Origin: Gemmatimonadota bacterium
Lineage (GTDB): Bacteria; Gemmatimonadota; Gemmatimonadetes; Gemmatimonadales; GWC2-71-9
Reading direction: 5' to 3'
Assembly: GCA_036679605.1 (NCBI GenBank)
Contig: JAZDCZ010000251.1
Coordinates: forward strand, 63,129-127,128
Length of the DNA stretch: 64,000 nucleotides
This document shows positions 10,709 to 21,810 of the stretch, piece by piece (within the stretch, counting starts at the first letter, position 1; each line of letters begins with the position of its first letter). The position numbers and the translations under genes were made by a program. Under the pieces are notes generated by a model. That model saw only the letters and a list, made by a program, of their open reading frames with translations. It made no database searches and was not told the DNA's origin.

Positions 10709-11602
10709 ATGGCGAAACGAAAGACAGCGAAGAAGACCGCAGGAACCCGTACTGTGGCAGATATCCTCGTGTTGCGCCAGGACGAGTTGTTGGTTGATTG
10801 GCTGGAGAACATCAAGACGCTGGTCGGGACACGCACATTCGAACTGATGACCGAGGAGCAACTGCGCACCCAGGCAAAGGGTCTGCTGGCAACGCTGACG
10901 ACGGCTTTTGGCGCAGAGCAGTACGTTGACATCGAGACGCCGGAGTTCGCCGACTCGGTGGCCATGCTGCGCGACATCAGCGTCGCCCGCGCCAAACAGG
11001 ACTTCACTCCCTCCGAGACGGCGGTCTTCGTCTTCTCGCTCAAGGACGCCCTGCTAAAGTTCCTCCATGAGGAGTTGGGCGATCAGCCGCAGCTGCTCAA
11101 CGACGAGATCACAAAGGTGAACAAGGTGATCGACAGTCTCGGACTGATCACCTTTGAAGCCTTCGCTCTGACGCGCGAGAACATCATCGCCGAACAGAGC
11201 CGGTCGCTGATGGAACTCTCTACGCCGGTGATGAAGCTGTGGGACGAGATCGTGATGCTGCCCCTGGTCGGTGTGATCGACACTCCGCGCGCCGCGCAGG
11301 TGATCGAGGTGCTGCTCAGGACCATCGTCGAGACAGAGTCGCGCGTGGCAATCATGGACGTCCTCGGCGTGCCGGTCATCGACACGAAAGTGGCGCAACA
11401 CCTGATGAAAACCGTGACGGCGGCGCAGATGCTCGGCTGCGAGGTCATCCTGACCGGCATCAGTCCCGACGCAGCGCAAACGCTGACTAAACTCGACATT
11501 CAGTTCGCAGGCCTGCGTACCCGGGGCGCACTGCGTGCCGGCATTGCCGAGGCATTCAGACTGGTCGGCCTCGAGGTCGTCGTGAAAGGAGACCGACCAT
11601 GA
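10709..11602 (+). CDS. rsbR: Stressosome protein RsbR (N-terminal sensor plus STAS)
   Basis: [35 protein letters not shown]; both conserved phospho-Thr positions present; AAGGAG RBS. Confidence 0.93.
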   Translation: MAKRKTAKKTAGTRTVADILVLRQDELLVDWLENIKTLVGTRTFELMTEEQLRTQAKGLLATLTTAFGAEQYVDIETPEFADSVAMLRDISVARAKQDFTPSETAVFVFSLKDALLKFLHEELGDQPQLLNDEITKVNKVIDSLGLITFEAFALTRENIIAEQSRSLMELSTPVMKLWDEIVMLPLVGVIDTPRAAQVIEVLLRTIVETESRVAIMDVLGVPVIDTKVAQHLMKTVTAAQMLGCEVILTGISPDAAQTLTKLDIQFAGLRTRGALRAGIAEAFRLVGLEVVVKGDRP

Positions 11603-11964
11603 GAGTCGCCGTACTTAGGCTGCACGGCATCCTCCTAACCTCGATCCAGGGCGATCTGAGCGACGAGGACGCCATGGACTTCCAGGCCGACGTGTTGCGT
11701 GAGCTGAGCAGCACCGAGGCCAGGGGGCTGGTCATCGATATCACGGCGATGGACGTGGTCGACTCGTTCATGGCGCGGGTGATCAACGAAACGGCGATAC
11801 AGGCGAGGATGCTCGGGGCGCAGGTCATCCTGTGCGGCATGCAGCCCGACGTGGCCCTGACGCTGATCGAGATGGGGCGGGAACTCATCGGCGTCGAAAC
11901 GGCGCTCAACCTCGATCAGGCCTTCAACCGTCTAGAGGAGATGATCGAAGAGCGGGAGGTCTGA
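11599..11964 (+). CDS. rsbS: Stressosome STAS protein RsbS
   Basis: [19 protein letters not shown] (phospho-Ser motif), [14 protein letters not shown]. Confidence 0.93.
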   Translation: MRVAVLRLHGILLTSIQGDLSDEDAMDFQADVLRELSSTEARGLVIDITAMDVVDSFMARVINETAIQARMLGAQVILCGMQPDVALTLIEMGRELIGVETALNLDQAFNRLEEMIEEREV

Positions 11965-11965
11965 T

Positions 11966-12367
11966 ATGACGCACAAACAGCTAGAACTGAAGCAGTCGAG
12001 CGACATCGTAACCGCCCGCCAAACCTGCCGGGAGATGGCAGACGAACTCGGCTTCGGCTCGGCCGACCAGACCCGCCTGGCCACAGCCGTCTCGGAACTG
12101 GCGCGCAACGCGATCCAATACGCTGGTGAGGGCGTGTGCGTCGTCACCGACGAGTCGGGCAATGAGAACGCCGTCATCCGCGTGGTGGTCGAGGACCACG
12201 GCCCCGGTATCACCGACGTGGACAAGGCGCTCGAGTTGGGCTTCACGACGGGCGGCGGTCTGGGCGCGGGCCTGCCGGGTGCCAAGCGGCTGGCGCATGT
12301 TTTTGCACTCGCGTCCGAGCCGGGGCACACGGTCGTGCAACTGAAGATGAGGAGGAAGAAGACCTAG
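11966..12367 (+). CDS. rsbT: RsbT-like Ser/Thr kinase, copy 1
   Basis: DIVTARQ..GF..DQTRLATAVSELARNAIQYAGEG..DHGPGI..GLGAGLPGAKRL. Confidence 0.92.
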   Translation: MTHKQLELKQSSDIVTARQTCREMADELGFGSADQTRLATAVSELARNAIQYAGEGVCVVTDESGNENAVIRVVVEDHGPGITDVDKALELGFTTGGGLGAGLPGAKRLAHVFALASEPGHTVVQLKMRRKKT

Positions 12368-12398
12368 GCAATGCAGAATGTAAAATGAGAAGTGCACA

Positions 12399-12815
12399 AT
12401 GAGGGATGAGCAGGGCGTGGTAGTTACGGTCACGGAGGAGTGGCACGTTGCGAAGGCGCAGCGGGCTGCTAAGGCGCTGGCGCGGTCGGTGGGGTTGTCG
12501 CAAGTGGCGGTGTACAGCATCGCTACGTCGGTGTCGGAACTGGCCAACAACCTGTTCTTCCATACTCGCGACGGTGGGATCATCACGCTGAGGGCGGTGA
12601 GGCACAATGGGAGCGTTGGCGTCGAGGTCGTGGCGCAAGATGACAGCCCGGGCATTGTCGACATCGACCTGGCCATGAACGACGGCTTCACGACCAACGG
12701 CGGACTCGGCGGCGGGCTACCAGGCGTCGAGCGGCTGATGGACGAGTTCGAGATCGAATCGCAAGTCGGCACCGGCACGCGGGTGGTCGCCAGAAAGTGG
12801 GAGCGATGCAAGTAG
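12399..12815 (+). CDS. rsbT: RsbT-like Ser/Thr kinase, copy 2
   Basis: IATSVSELANNL..DDSPGI..GLGGGLPGVERLMDEFEIES..GTRVVARKW. Confidence 0.88.
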   Translation: MRDEQGVVVTVTEEWHVAKAQRAAKALARSVGLSQVAVYSIATSVSELANNLFFHTRDGGIITLRAVRHNGSVGVEVVAQDDSPGIVDIDLAMNDGFTTNGGLGGGLPGVERLMDEFEIESQVGTGTRVVARKWERCK

Positions 12816-13378
12816 CCATCGTCAAACGCCCATTGGAAGAGCCGCATTGTGGCGACCAGGCTGGACGCTGGGAGTACAATGGCAAGGTTGTGCTCTGCAT
12901 GATCGACGGTCTGGGACATGGCAAGGGAGCGGAAGAGGCGGCGCTGGCAGCGCTGGACTTCGTCGCGCGCCATCACCACGAGCTGCTGCTGGAGGTCTTC
13001 GCCACCTGCGACAAGGCGCTGCGCAACACACGCGGCGTAGCCATGGGCATCGTCGTGGCCGACTCGGACGCCCGGACGCTGACGTATGCCGGCATCGGCA
13101 ACACCCGGGCGATAGTCGTGGGACAGGAAACGACGCGCCTGTCCAGCCACTACGGCATTGTCGGCGGCGGCTACCGAACGCTCAAGACCGAGACGGTGCC
13201 GTTGACGCCGGACGATTTGGTGATCATGTACACCGACGGCATCGAGGAGTTGATCGACCTGTCGGACTACGACGAAACGCTGCGCTCCGACGTCCGCTGT
13301 CTGGCCGAGACGATTCTCGAGGACTGGCGCCGGGAGACGGACGACACGGCGGTCCTGGTGTTTCGGAACGGAGGCTAG
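12806..13378 (+). CDS. SpoIIE/PP2C phosphatase (RsbX-like)
   Basis: CGD, IDGLGHG, GIGN, MYTDGI and DDTAVLV PPM motifs; follows the rsbT genes. Confidence 0.88.
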   Translation: MQVAIVKRPLEEPHCGDQAGRWEYNGKVVLCMIDGLGHGKGAEEAALAALDFVARHHHELLLEVFATCDKALRNTRGVAMGIVVADSDARTLTYAGIGNTRAIVVGQETTRLSSHYGIVGGGYRTLKTETVPLTPDDLVIMYTDGIEELIDLSDYDETLRSDVRCLAETILEDWRRETDDTAVLVFRNGG

Positions 13379-13379
13379 G

Positions 13380-14432
13380 GTGCCTGCACAGGACTTCAAG
13401 AACGCATACGCTTCGGTGCTCAGGGCCTTTGTCGCGAGCTGGGAAGAGCAACACCTGGCCGAGGCGGCCGAACTGGGGCGCAAGATGGTGCGTGCCGGCG
13501 TGCCCCCCGAAAAGATTGCCGAGATTCACGAAGAAGCGATCCAGCGCCTCGCCAAGGAGTATCCTGACACGACGCTGCTCGAGTCCGCCCAGCGCATTTC
13601 GGCCCCGCTGATGGAGCTGCTTATGGCCTACGGCCTCGCCTTCCGCGAACGAGAGGCCCTGCGCAAGCTGGCGGAGCGGGAGATCCGTGAACTGAATCTC
13701 GGTCTCGAGCGGCGCGTGGACGAACGGACGGCACAACTGGCAACCACCAACAGAGAACTGAAGACATTCACCTATTCGGTCTCACATGACCTGAAGGCTC
13801 CTTTGCGGGCAATAGACGGATTCTGTGCTATGCTCACGAACGGTCACTCCGAGCACCTCGACGCCGAAGGTTTGCGCATTCTCGATGTCATTCGGCAAAA
13901 CGCTCAGAAAATGGGACAGCTAATTGACGACCTGTTGACGTTGTCTCGAGTCGGCGAGCGCGAGGTGCAGCTTGATGAGATCGACATGGCAGAGCTGGCT
14001 AGAACCGTGTTCGACGAGCTGCGATCGGAGAAATCTGAGCGCTCCATCCGATTGGAGCTGGGACAACTGCCATCAATTCGAGGCGACCGTACGATGATGC
14101 GCCAGGCGTTTTCCAACCTAATCGACAATGCAATCAAGTTCACCGGTCCAAGAGACGAGGCAATTATTGAAATCGGTTGCAAGACGGACGGCGAGGAGAA
14201 CATCTTCTATGTGAAGGACAATGGCGTCGGTTTCGACATGAAGTATGTCGACAAGCTGTTTGGAGTATTTGAGCGTCTACACCATGCCGACGAGTTCCTG
14301 GGCACCGGGGTGGGATTGGCAATAGTGCAGCGTGCGATCGGCCGGCACGGGGGGCGGGTGTGGGCCGAGGGCAAGTTGGACGAGGGGGCAACGGTTTACA
14401 TCAGCCTGCCACCCCTAAAGATTCCTTCATAA
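13380..14432 (+). CDS. Histidine kinase with RsbU N-terminal-like input domain
   Basis: N-terminus ...VPPEKIAEIH...LMELLMAYGLAFRE resembles RsbU_N. Then coiled coil, YSVSHDLKAPLR H-box, NAIKF, DNGVGF, GTGVGL. Confidence 0.88.
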   Translation: MPAQDFKNAYASVLRAFVASWEEQHLAEAAELGRKMVRAGVPPEKIAEIHEEAIQRLAKEYPDTTLLESAQRISAPLMELLMAYGLAFREREALRKLAEREIRELNLGLERRVDERTAQLATTNRELKTFTYSVSHDLKAPLRAIDGFCAMLTNGHSEHLDAEGLRILDVIRQNAQKMGQLIDDLLTLSRVGEREVQLDEIDMAELARTVFDELRSEKSERSIRLELGQLPSIRGDRTMMRQAFSNLIDNAIKFTGPRDEAIIEIGCKTDGEENIFYVKDNGVGFDMKYVDKLFGVFERLHHADEFLGTGVGLAIVQRAIGRHGGRVWAEGKLDEGATVYISLPPLKIPS

Positions 14433-14678
14433 ACTCCTTAGTAAACCTTTCCAGTCACTGCTTAAACTATTGAGACTAGGTCACTTCTGTTGCGAGACAG
14501 TCGGTCTCAAACATCCGCCACAGAAGGCAGAGGAACCCGGACATATCAAACATGGTTTCATGAAATGAGCAGTATGCACGTTCGGGACAGCATGTCCGTG
14601 CCAATCGTCGTCATGCGGAGGGTTCGGTACACACTTCTCCGACTCTGCCCGGGAAAACAACGAGTCCCATGCATCTGA
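14416..14678 (+). pseudogene. Second copy of the 1316-1517 upstream region with a relic N-terminus of the first kinase
   Basis: ATG 14565 gives MSSMHVRDSMSVPIVVM versus MTSMHIRDRMSVLVVVM at 1467, then stops at 14678. Confidence 0.65.
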
Positions 14679-17600
14679 GAAGTTCGCCGTTTGTCGTAGC
14701 CTTTGGGCTGATCGCCGGTCTGTTGCTCGTCGTTGGCGTGTGGACCGCTCGGACCTCGGCTAATGATGCCCTCATCCTAAATCTGGCTGGACGGCAGCGG
14801 ATGCTATCGCAGAGGATCACCAGCGGATACCTCAGTGCCGTGCTGCGAGGCGCAGATCCCACATCGATTGCCGATCTCGAATCCCTGGCAAGGGAGTTTG
14901 AGCAAGGACTTGGAGCGCTCACTGATGGTGGCTCGGTCGCTTACGGTGACAGTGTCGTCTCGTTGCCGGCGCAGACCGACTCGGTCTTCCGCGCAGCCCT
15001 GAACGAAGTGCAGGCAAGTTGGGAGGAGATGCGCGGTGCATCCACAGACTTTGTCGCCCGGCAGGTTGGTGGGCCGGGGCTCGACCGGGCACTGGCTAAC
15101 TTGGAGGAAACGTCCCTTACAACACTCAACAGAATGGACCTCGCTGTCCGCATGTTCCAGGCAGCCGCCGACACCAGGACAAGGCGTTCTTTCCGCGTTC
15201 AAGTCGGCTTGGCGCTGCTGGCCTCACTGGCGCTTGCCATGGGATTCCTCGGGGCGAAGCACACCAAGCTTCTGAAGGTACAGTTGGCAAGAGAGCGAGC
15301 CGAGGCGGAGCTCGGGGAAAGTGAGTCACGGCTGGCCAAACGATTGGCGGAGTTAGAACAGGTCTACGGGACCGCCCCAGTCGGACTGTGCTTCCTGGAC
15401 ACAAACCTGCGATACGTTCGAGTCAACGATCGGTTGGCCGAGATCAACGGACTGCCGGCCTCGGAGCACATTGGTCGAACTCTACAACAGATCCTCCCGG
15501 ACGTGGCTAGCGACGTTGAACCGGTTTATCGGCAAGTGATCGCAAGTGGCGAGCCGGTTGTGGACTCGGAGGTTCACTGTACGACTCCCGCCGATCCGAA
15601 CGTCGAACGCGACTGGCTCACGAGCTACTTCCCCGTCAAGGACGAAGGCGTTGTGGTGGGCGTGACGACCGTTGTCCAGGAAATCACCGAAATCAAGCTG
15701 TCGAGGAATAGGCTGCGAGAGAGTGAGCAACGCTTTCGCGACCTATTCCAGAATGCTCCCTTCTCGATCTGGGAGGAAGATTTTTCCCAAGTCAAGACCT
15801 ACCTGGACGATCTCGGATTCTTCCAGATTGAAGACGTTGAGTCCTATTTGGACGAACACCCCGAGGTTGTGCGACAGTGCGCGCAAAAAGTGAAGGTGCT
15901 GGCCGTCAACCGACGGGCTGCCGAACTACACGAAGCTGAAGACGAAGCGGAATTGCTGAAGGAACTCCCCAGGACATTCACCGAAGCGAGCTACACGGCG
16001 TTCAAGCAGGAGTTGGTGGCCATAGGGCGGGGAGAAACCGCGTGTGACGGAGAGGGGGAGGTAGCAACACTGAAGGGCACAACGCGTGACGTCGTGGTAA
16101 GGTGGTCGGTCGTACCCGGTCACGAGAAGGATCTCGGGCGAGTTCTGGTTTCGCTGCTCGATGTGACCGACCGGAAGCTGGCCGAACGGGAACTGCGCCG
16201 CAACGAGATCATTGTCGCGAGTTCCTCAGATATGCTTGCGCTGTTGGACAAGAAATACACCTACCTTGCCGCTAACCCGGCGTACCTGAAGGCATTCGGG
16301 ATGACCCACGACCAACTAGTCGGGCATACGGTGCCTGAGGTGTTCGGAGAGGAGTTCTTCAATGGCGTCATAAGGCGCAATGCCGACCAGTGTCTGGACG
16401 GTGCGACAGTTCGCTACCAAGAGTGGTTTGATTTCCCTGCCTCAGAGAAAAGGTATATGGACATCAACTACCGTCCCTATCTTGGCCTTGGCAAGGATGT
16501 CAGGGGTATCGTTGTCAACGCGCGGGATATCACCGATCAAAAGAGAGCCCAGGACTCAGCTCTTGAGAACCAGAAGCTCATGGAAGAAACTCAAGAGGTG
16601 GCCCGCCTCGGTAGCTACGCGCTCGACATACCCTCCGGTACGTGGGGATGCTCTACGGCACTCTTCGACATTTTTGGGATCGACGACAGCTTCGATCGAA
16701 CCGTGAAAGGCTGGCTCACGTTGGTGCATCCCGACGACCGGCAGGTGATGCACGATTACTTGAATACAGAGGTTCTGGAGAATCGTGGCCGCTTCGACAA
16801 GGAATACAGAATTGTACGCTACAACGACGGCCACGAGTGTTGGGTTCACGGTCTCGGCGAGTTGGAGTATGACGAGAGGGGTGAGCCTGCGAGAATGATA
16901 GGCACCATCCAGGATGTCACCGCACGAGTGCGAGTAGACCGCAAACTCAAGGAAAGCGAACAGCGATTCCGCACACTTGCTGCTTCATCTCCGGTCGGAA
17001 TCTTTCTGGACGACGCTCAGGGAAAAGCGATATTTGTTAATGACGAATGCGCCCGATTGGTGGGTTTGTCGCCTGAGGAGTGTCTGGGGAGCGACTGGGT
17101 AGCCTCCATCCACCCGGACGACCGCGAGCGGGTCGTGAAGCGGTGGCAAAAGAGCATTGAGGAAGGAAGCGTCTTCGAGCAAGAACACCGCTGGCTCCAC
17201 AAAGACGGGCAGGTGAACTGGACGTTGGCTATGGCTGCTCCTGTCAAAGATGAAGCCGGCCACCTGTCGCATTTCGTCGGAACGCTAGTGGATCTCACCG
17301 AGCGCAAGCGGGCCGAGAAAAAGCTCCGACTACGGGAGCAACAGCTAGGCCTCATCTACGATTCGACAGCAGAGATCCTCTTTCACCTAGGTGTCGAGGG
17401 TGGGCTGCATTACAGATTCCTCACGGTGAACAGCGCTTTTCTCAAAGCCACCGGCCTGACCGCAGAAGAGGTTGTCGGGAAAACAATCGACGAAGTAATA
17501 CCAGAATCGTCGCTGAAATTGGTACGCTCCAACTACGAAAAGGCCGTGAGGGAAGGAAGAATCGTGTCCTGGGAAGAAAGCTCAGAGTATCCGACCGGAC

Positions 17601-19590
17601 CGAGAACGGGCATCGTGAGCATAGCACCAATCTTCGATGAGAGTGGTAACTGCACATACCTGGTAGGATCGGTACACGACATCACCGATCAAAAGAAATC
17701 CCAGACCACGCTCGAAGTGGTTCACTCCCAGCTTCGCCTCAGCATCGATCGAATGCCCATTGCCTACATACTGTGGGACACCGAGGGCAAAGTGTTGGAA
17801 TGGAATCCCGCTGCCGAGACGATCTTTGGATTCACCCACGAGGAAGCTGTTGGGCAGTCCTTCGCCGACCTAGTCGTGCCGGCTGAGGCCCGGCCCGCAG
17901 TTGATGAAGTATTACAAGCCCTCCTGACTGGGACGGAGGCTTCCTACAGTGAGCCGAGCAACAATGTCCGCAAGAATGGCACGGTCATTTCTTGCCAGTG
18001 GTTCAATACGCCCATCACAGACGACGAAGGGAGCGTTACAGCTGTCCTCTCTATGGCTATAGACGTGACTGAACCCCAACAGTCCTTACAACGGCTTCGT
18101 GAAAGCGAGGAACGCTACCGGCTCTTGGTGGAATCGACCGGTGTCGTCCCGTGGACATGCTTGGTTATCCAATTGATGAGTGGTTTGAGGAGAGTTTTTG
18201 GCCAGACCATATTCACCCTGACGATCGAAAGCAAGCGGTTGACTATTGCGTATCATGCACGAATCGAGCAGAGAATCACGAGTTCGAATATCGGATGATT
18301 GCGGCAAATGGTCGCGAGGTATGGATTCACGATGTCGTTTCGGTGATCTCGGATAATGATCGACCAAGCACACTACGCGGCATCATGATAGACATAACCG
18401 ATCAGAGACACGGCGAAGAGGAGAGGAGACGACTGGCAGCAATCGTCGAACGCACCAACGAGTTCATTGCGGTAGCGACACTCAAAGGGAAACTTGTCTA
18501 CGTTAACAAGGCGGGACGAGATCTCGTTGGGCTGGACAAGGACTACGATATTGGCGAGTTGAAGATAGGGCATTTCCTGACCGAAGAAGCGCTACAACAG
18601 TTCTCGGGAATGGAGACGTCGGCGGTCAATCGCGATGGATATTGGAGCGGCGAGACTACTCTGCGGCATTTCAAGACTGGCAACCTCATCCCTGTGATCG
18701 CCAACACGTTCCTGATAAGAGGTGCTGCAGGGAGCCCAATTGCCATGGCCACTGTGCAGCACGATATCACCGATCGCAAGCGCGCGGAGCGCGAGATCCG
18801 TGAACTGAATCTCGGTCTCGAGCAACGCGTGGCCGAGCGTACGGCCGAGCTACGGATGGCAAACAAGGAACTGGAGGCGTTCTCGTACTCAGTCTCGCAC
18901 GACTTGAAGGCTCCTTTGCGAGCCATCGACGGATTCTCGGCGGTGTTAAGCGACGATCACTCCAAACAGCTCAACGCGGAAGGCCGACATGTCTTGGCCG
19001 TCATTCGGCAAAACACTCAGCAGATGGGACAGCTAATCGACGACTTGCTCACGTTCTCGCGCGTCGGTCGGAGCGATATGCAGTCTGGTGAGATCGACAT
19101 AGCTGAGCTGGCTGGGACCGTGTTCCAGGAGCTGCGATCGGCGGTACCTGAACGGTCCATCCGGCTGGAGCTGGGACCACTCCCCTCAATTCACGGCGAC
19201 CGTACGATGATACGCCAGGTGTTCGTCAATCTGATCTCGAACGCAATCAAGTTCACGGGACCCAGGGAGCAGGCTGTCGTCGAGATCGGTTGCGAGGCCA
19301 AAGACGGTGAACACATCTTTCATGTCAAGGACAATGGCGTAGGGTTCGACATGCAGTACGTCGACAAGCTATTTGGAGTTTTCCAGCGTTTGCATTATGC
19401 CGATGAGTTCCCGGGCACGGGAGTGGGATTGGCAATAGTGCAGCGTATGATCGGCCGGCACGGGGGGCGGGTGTGGGCCGAGGGTAGGCTGGACGAGGGG
19501 GCGACGGTGTTTTTCGCACTACCATCTGGCGAGGAGACAGCCAATGGAACCGCAGGCCGTGGAGATTCTCCTGGTGGAGGACAATCCTAA
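14669..19590 (+). pseudogene. Large sensor histidine kinase (PilJ/NarX-like periplasmic domain, ~9 PAS, HisKA, HATPase), frameshifted near 18151
   Basis: LNLAGRQRMLSQR P-box-like motif. ORF1 reads ..STGVVPW then loses similarity; ORF2 resumes mid-PAS (DMLGYPIDEW..IHPDDR) and carries SHDLKAPLR. Confidence 0.8.
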
Positions 19591-20005
19591 CGACGTGGAG
19601 CTAACGCTCCGTGCGATGGACAGACACAATCTTGCCAACAAGGTTCAAGTCGTGCGGGATGGATCGGAGGCCCTGGAGTTCGTGTTCCGCACGGGCCAAT
19701 ATACCGAGCGAGCGATCGAAAACGTACCGAAACTGATTTTGCTCGACCTCAAGTTACCCAAGGTGGACGGGCTGGAGGTGTTGCGCAAGCTAAAGGGTGA
19801 CGACAGCACAAAGATTATTCCAGTAGTGGTACTGACCTCATCCCGAGAGGAACGAGACATCGTTGACAGCTACAAACTCGGGGTCAACAGCTATATTGTG
19901 AAGCCCATCGAATTCGGCAAGTTCGTGGAGGCTGTCTCGCAGGTCGGACTGTATTGGCTGCTGATCAACGAACCGCCTCCGGAGTCCAACGGCCACCGCA
20001 AATGA
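19544..20005 (+). CDS. Rcp-like single-domain response regulator
   Basis: [39 protein letters not shown]. Confidence 0.93.
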   Translation: MEPQAVEILLVEDNPNDVELTLRAMDRHNLANKVQVVRDGSEALEFVFRTGQYTERAIENVPKLILLDLKLPKVDGLEVLRKLKGDDSTKIIPVVVLTSSREERDIVDSYKLGVNSYIVKPIEFGKFVEAVSQVGLYWLLINEPPPESNGHRK

Positions 20006-21408
20006 CGTCAACGGCCGGCCACACGCGCGTCCTCGTGGTAGACGACGACGTAGCTGAACTCACCCGCTGCGTGGCTTCGTTACGCGAACTCACTGGTACA
20101 GAGATTGTGAGCGAGAAGAAAAGTAGAGACGCGGTGATGTTGCTGGCCGCAGAAAGCTTCGACCTTCTCATAACAGATCTGCGTATGCCTGCGGTGGATG
20201 GCCTCGACCTCTTGCGAATAGCACATTCTCACGACCCCGAGCTACCGGTTCTCATTCTCACCGGCTATCCCTCCGTTGACACCGCAGTCGAGACTCTCAA
20301 GCTCGGCGCAGCCGACTACCTCACGAAACCGGTGAACACGGATGAATTGGTGACGGTAGTCCAACGGCTGTTGGATACGCAGCGCTTACGAGGCGAACAC
20401 AGATTCCTCCAGCGTCACATGGACCGCGAATACGCGTTCGATGAGATCGTGGGCACCAGCCATGCCATGCAACAGGTTTTCGACACCATCAGGAAGTTGT
20501 CCGAATCAGACCTAGACGTACTGATTGTAGGTGAGACCGGGACCGGTAAGGAACTCGTGGCGCGCAGCATCCATCGGAACAGCAAACAACGGACGGGTCG
20601 CTTCGTGCCGGTGGACTGCGCGGCTATCCCTGAGAATCTACTGGAGAGCGAATTCTTCGGACACGAGCGCGGCGCATTCAGCGGAGCGAACGCCAGAAGC
20701 ATCGGCCTCATGGAATTTGCCGACGGCGGAACGCTCTTCTTGGACGAGATCCACGCACTATCAACACCGCTGCAGGCGAAATTGCTGCGGGCGCTGCAGG
20801 AGCGAAGCTTCCGGCGCGTAGGGAGCACGCGAGAGATTTCAGTGGACGTCAGGGTGATCGCTGCCGCAAACTGTGACCCAGCCGAACTTCTCTCCTCAGG
20901 TCAGTTGCGAGAAGATCTGTACTATAGAATTAATGTCGGTCGTGTTGAGCTACCGCCATTGCGTGAGCGGGCAAAGGATATCCCACTACTTGCAGATTAT
21001 TTCGTGAAACACCTGGGGCGAAAAACGGCAAGACATTCCGCTGAGTTCTCTGCGGATGCACTGGAGATCTTGACCGCTTACCAGTGGCCCGGAAACGTGC
21101 GCGAACTCCAGAACACCGTCAAGCGAACACTCGCTATGACGGAGCTAGAGATCATCACGGCCGATCAGTTGCCGGAGGAGATCGTATCCGCATCAGTTGC
21201 TGGGGGAAGCTCAAGAGGAGATGCCTTCTTCACACTCAAAGCCGAACGAATAGCAGCGTTCGAAAAGGAGTACATCGTCAACCTGCTGCAACAGCATCGC
21301 GGTGACGTGACCGAGGCGGCTCGGCACGCGGAGCTTCCGCGTGGGACCCTCTATCGACTGATAAAGAAGCACGACCTTTCACCTGTGGGGTTTCGTACCT
21401 CCGACTAG
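20002..21408 (+). CDS. NtrC-family sigma54-dependent response regulator
   Basis: [47 protein letters not shown], Fis-type HTH; ATGA overlap. Confidence 0.95.
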   Translation: MTSTAGHTRVLVVDDDVAELTRCVASLRELTGTEIVSEKKSRDAVMLLAAESFDLLITDLRMPAVDGLDLLRIAHSHDPELPVLILTGYPSVDTAVETLKLGAADYLTKPVNTDELVTVVQRLLDTQRLRGEHRFLQRHMDREYAFDEIVGTSHAMQQVFDTIRKLSESDLDVLIVGETGTGKELVARSIHRNSKQRTGRFVPVDCAAIPENLLESEFFGHERGAFSGANARSIGLMEFADGGTLFLDEIHALSTPLQAKLLRALQERSFRRVGSTREISVDVRVIAAANCDPAELLSSGQLREDLYYRINVGRVELPPLRERAKDIPLLADYFVKHLGRKTARHSAEFSADALEILTAYQWPGNVRELQNTVKRTLAMTELEIITADQLPEEIVSASVAGGSSRGDAFFTLKAERIAAFEKEYIVNLLQQHRGDVTEAARHAELPRGTLYRLIKKHDLSPVGFRTSD

Positions 21409-21496
21409 GCGCATCTCGGTTTGCGCTAGTATGCCAGTGGCCCCTTCGCATGCCGGCCTGGTTACGAGCCAATCAAGGTGAATTCGACAGAGAACC

Positions 21497-21633
21497 GTCA
21501 CACTAGTGTGAATAGCCCATCCGACCTGTCACGTTTCTGTGACTGTTACGTAACGTCTTAATACATATAGACTTATATGGTCTAACCTTTCAGCTGGACG
21601 GCAGGCGCGCTGCTCGTTTCACAACCAAGTGAC
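21497..21633. promoter_or_regulatory. Three TCAC-N6-GTGA palindromes, candidate enhancer sites
   Basis: gtcac-actagt-gtgaa (21497), gtcac-gtttct-gtgac (21528), ttcac-aaccaa-gtgac (21618). Confidence 0.65.
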
Positions 21634-21740
21634 AACAAAGCAACCCTATCTCCGTTCCCTGCCCTGCCATCCGCCCTGTAACCCATTGACTGCACACGGG
21701 TTATAGGCGTTTCCAAATTCTAGCGAGCGCTCGTGTTTTT

Positions 21741-21756
21741 CGGCACACCTCCTGCT
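21741..21756 (+). promoter_or_regulatory. Sigma54 -24/-12 promoter
   Basis: cGGCACacctccTGCt, i.e. GG-N10-GC, ~55 bp before ATG 21811. Confidence 0.75.
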
Positions 21757-21810
21757 TTTCTGAAAGTCAGTACAGCATCACGCAGCCGACTACTCCGAGA
21801 GAGCGAGAAG

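Noticed and set aside
11981..13483. 500-aa minus-strand ORF and similar long antisense ORFs (1422-2189, 4281-5057, 9195-10130, 37545-38438)
   Set aside because: Shadows of well-supported genes on the other strand in GC-rich DNA; no motifs.
10185..18165. Programmed ribosomal frameshifting at the two kinase breaks
   Set aside because: No slippery heptamer, and conserved residues are missing at both junctions, which indicates deletion.
20660..20690. GAFSGA as a sign of a sigma54-independent activator
   Set aside because: Thr-to-Ser is a conservative variant, all other AAA+ motifs are intact, and a sigma54 promoter lies next door.
21497..21633. CRP/FNR sites
   Set aside because: Half-sites are in the opposite order (TCAC-N6-GTGA) to CRP (GTGA-N6-TCAC).
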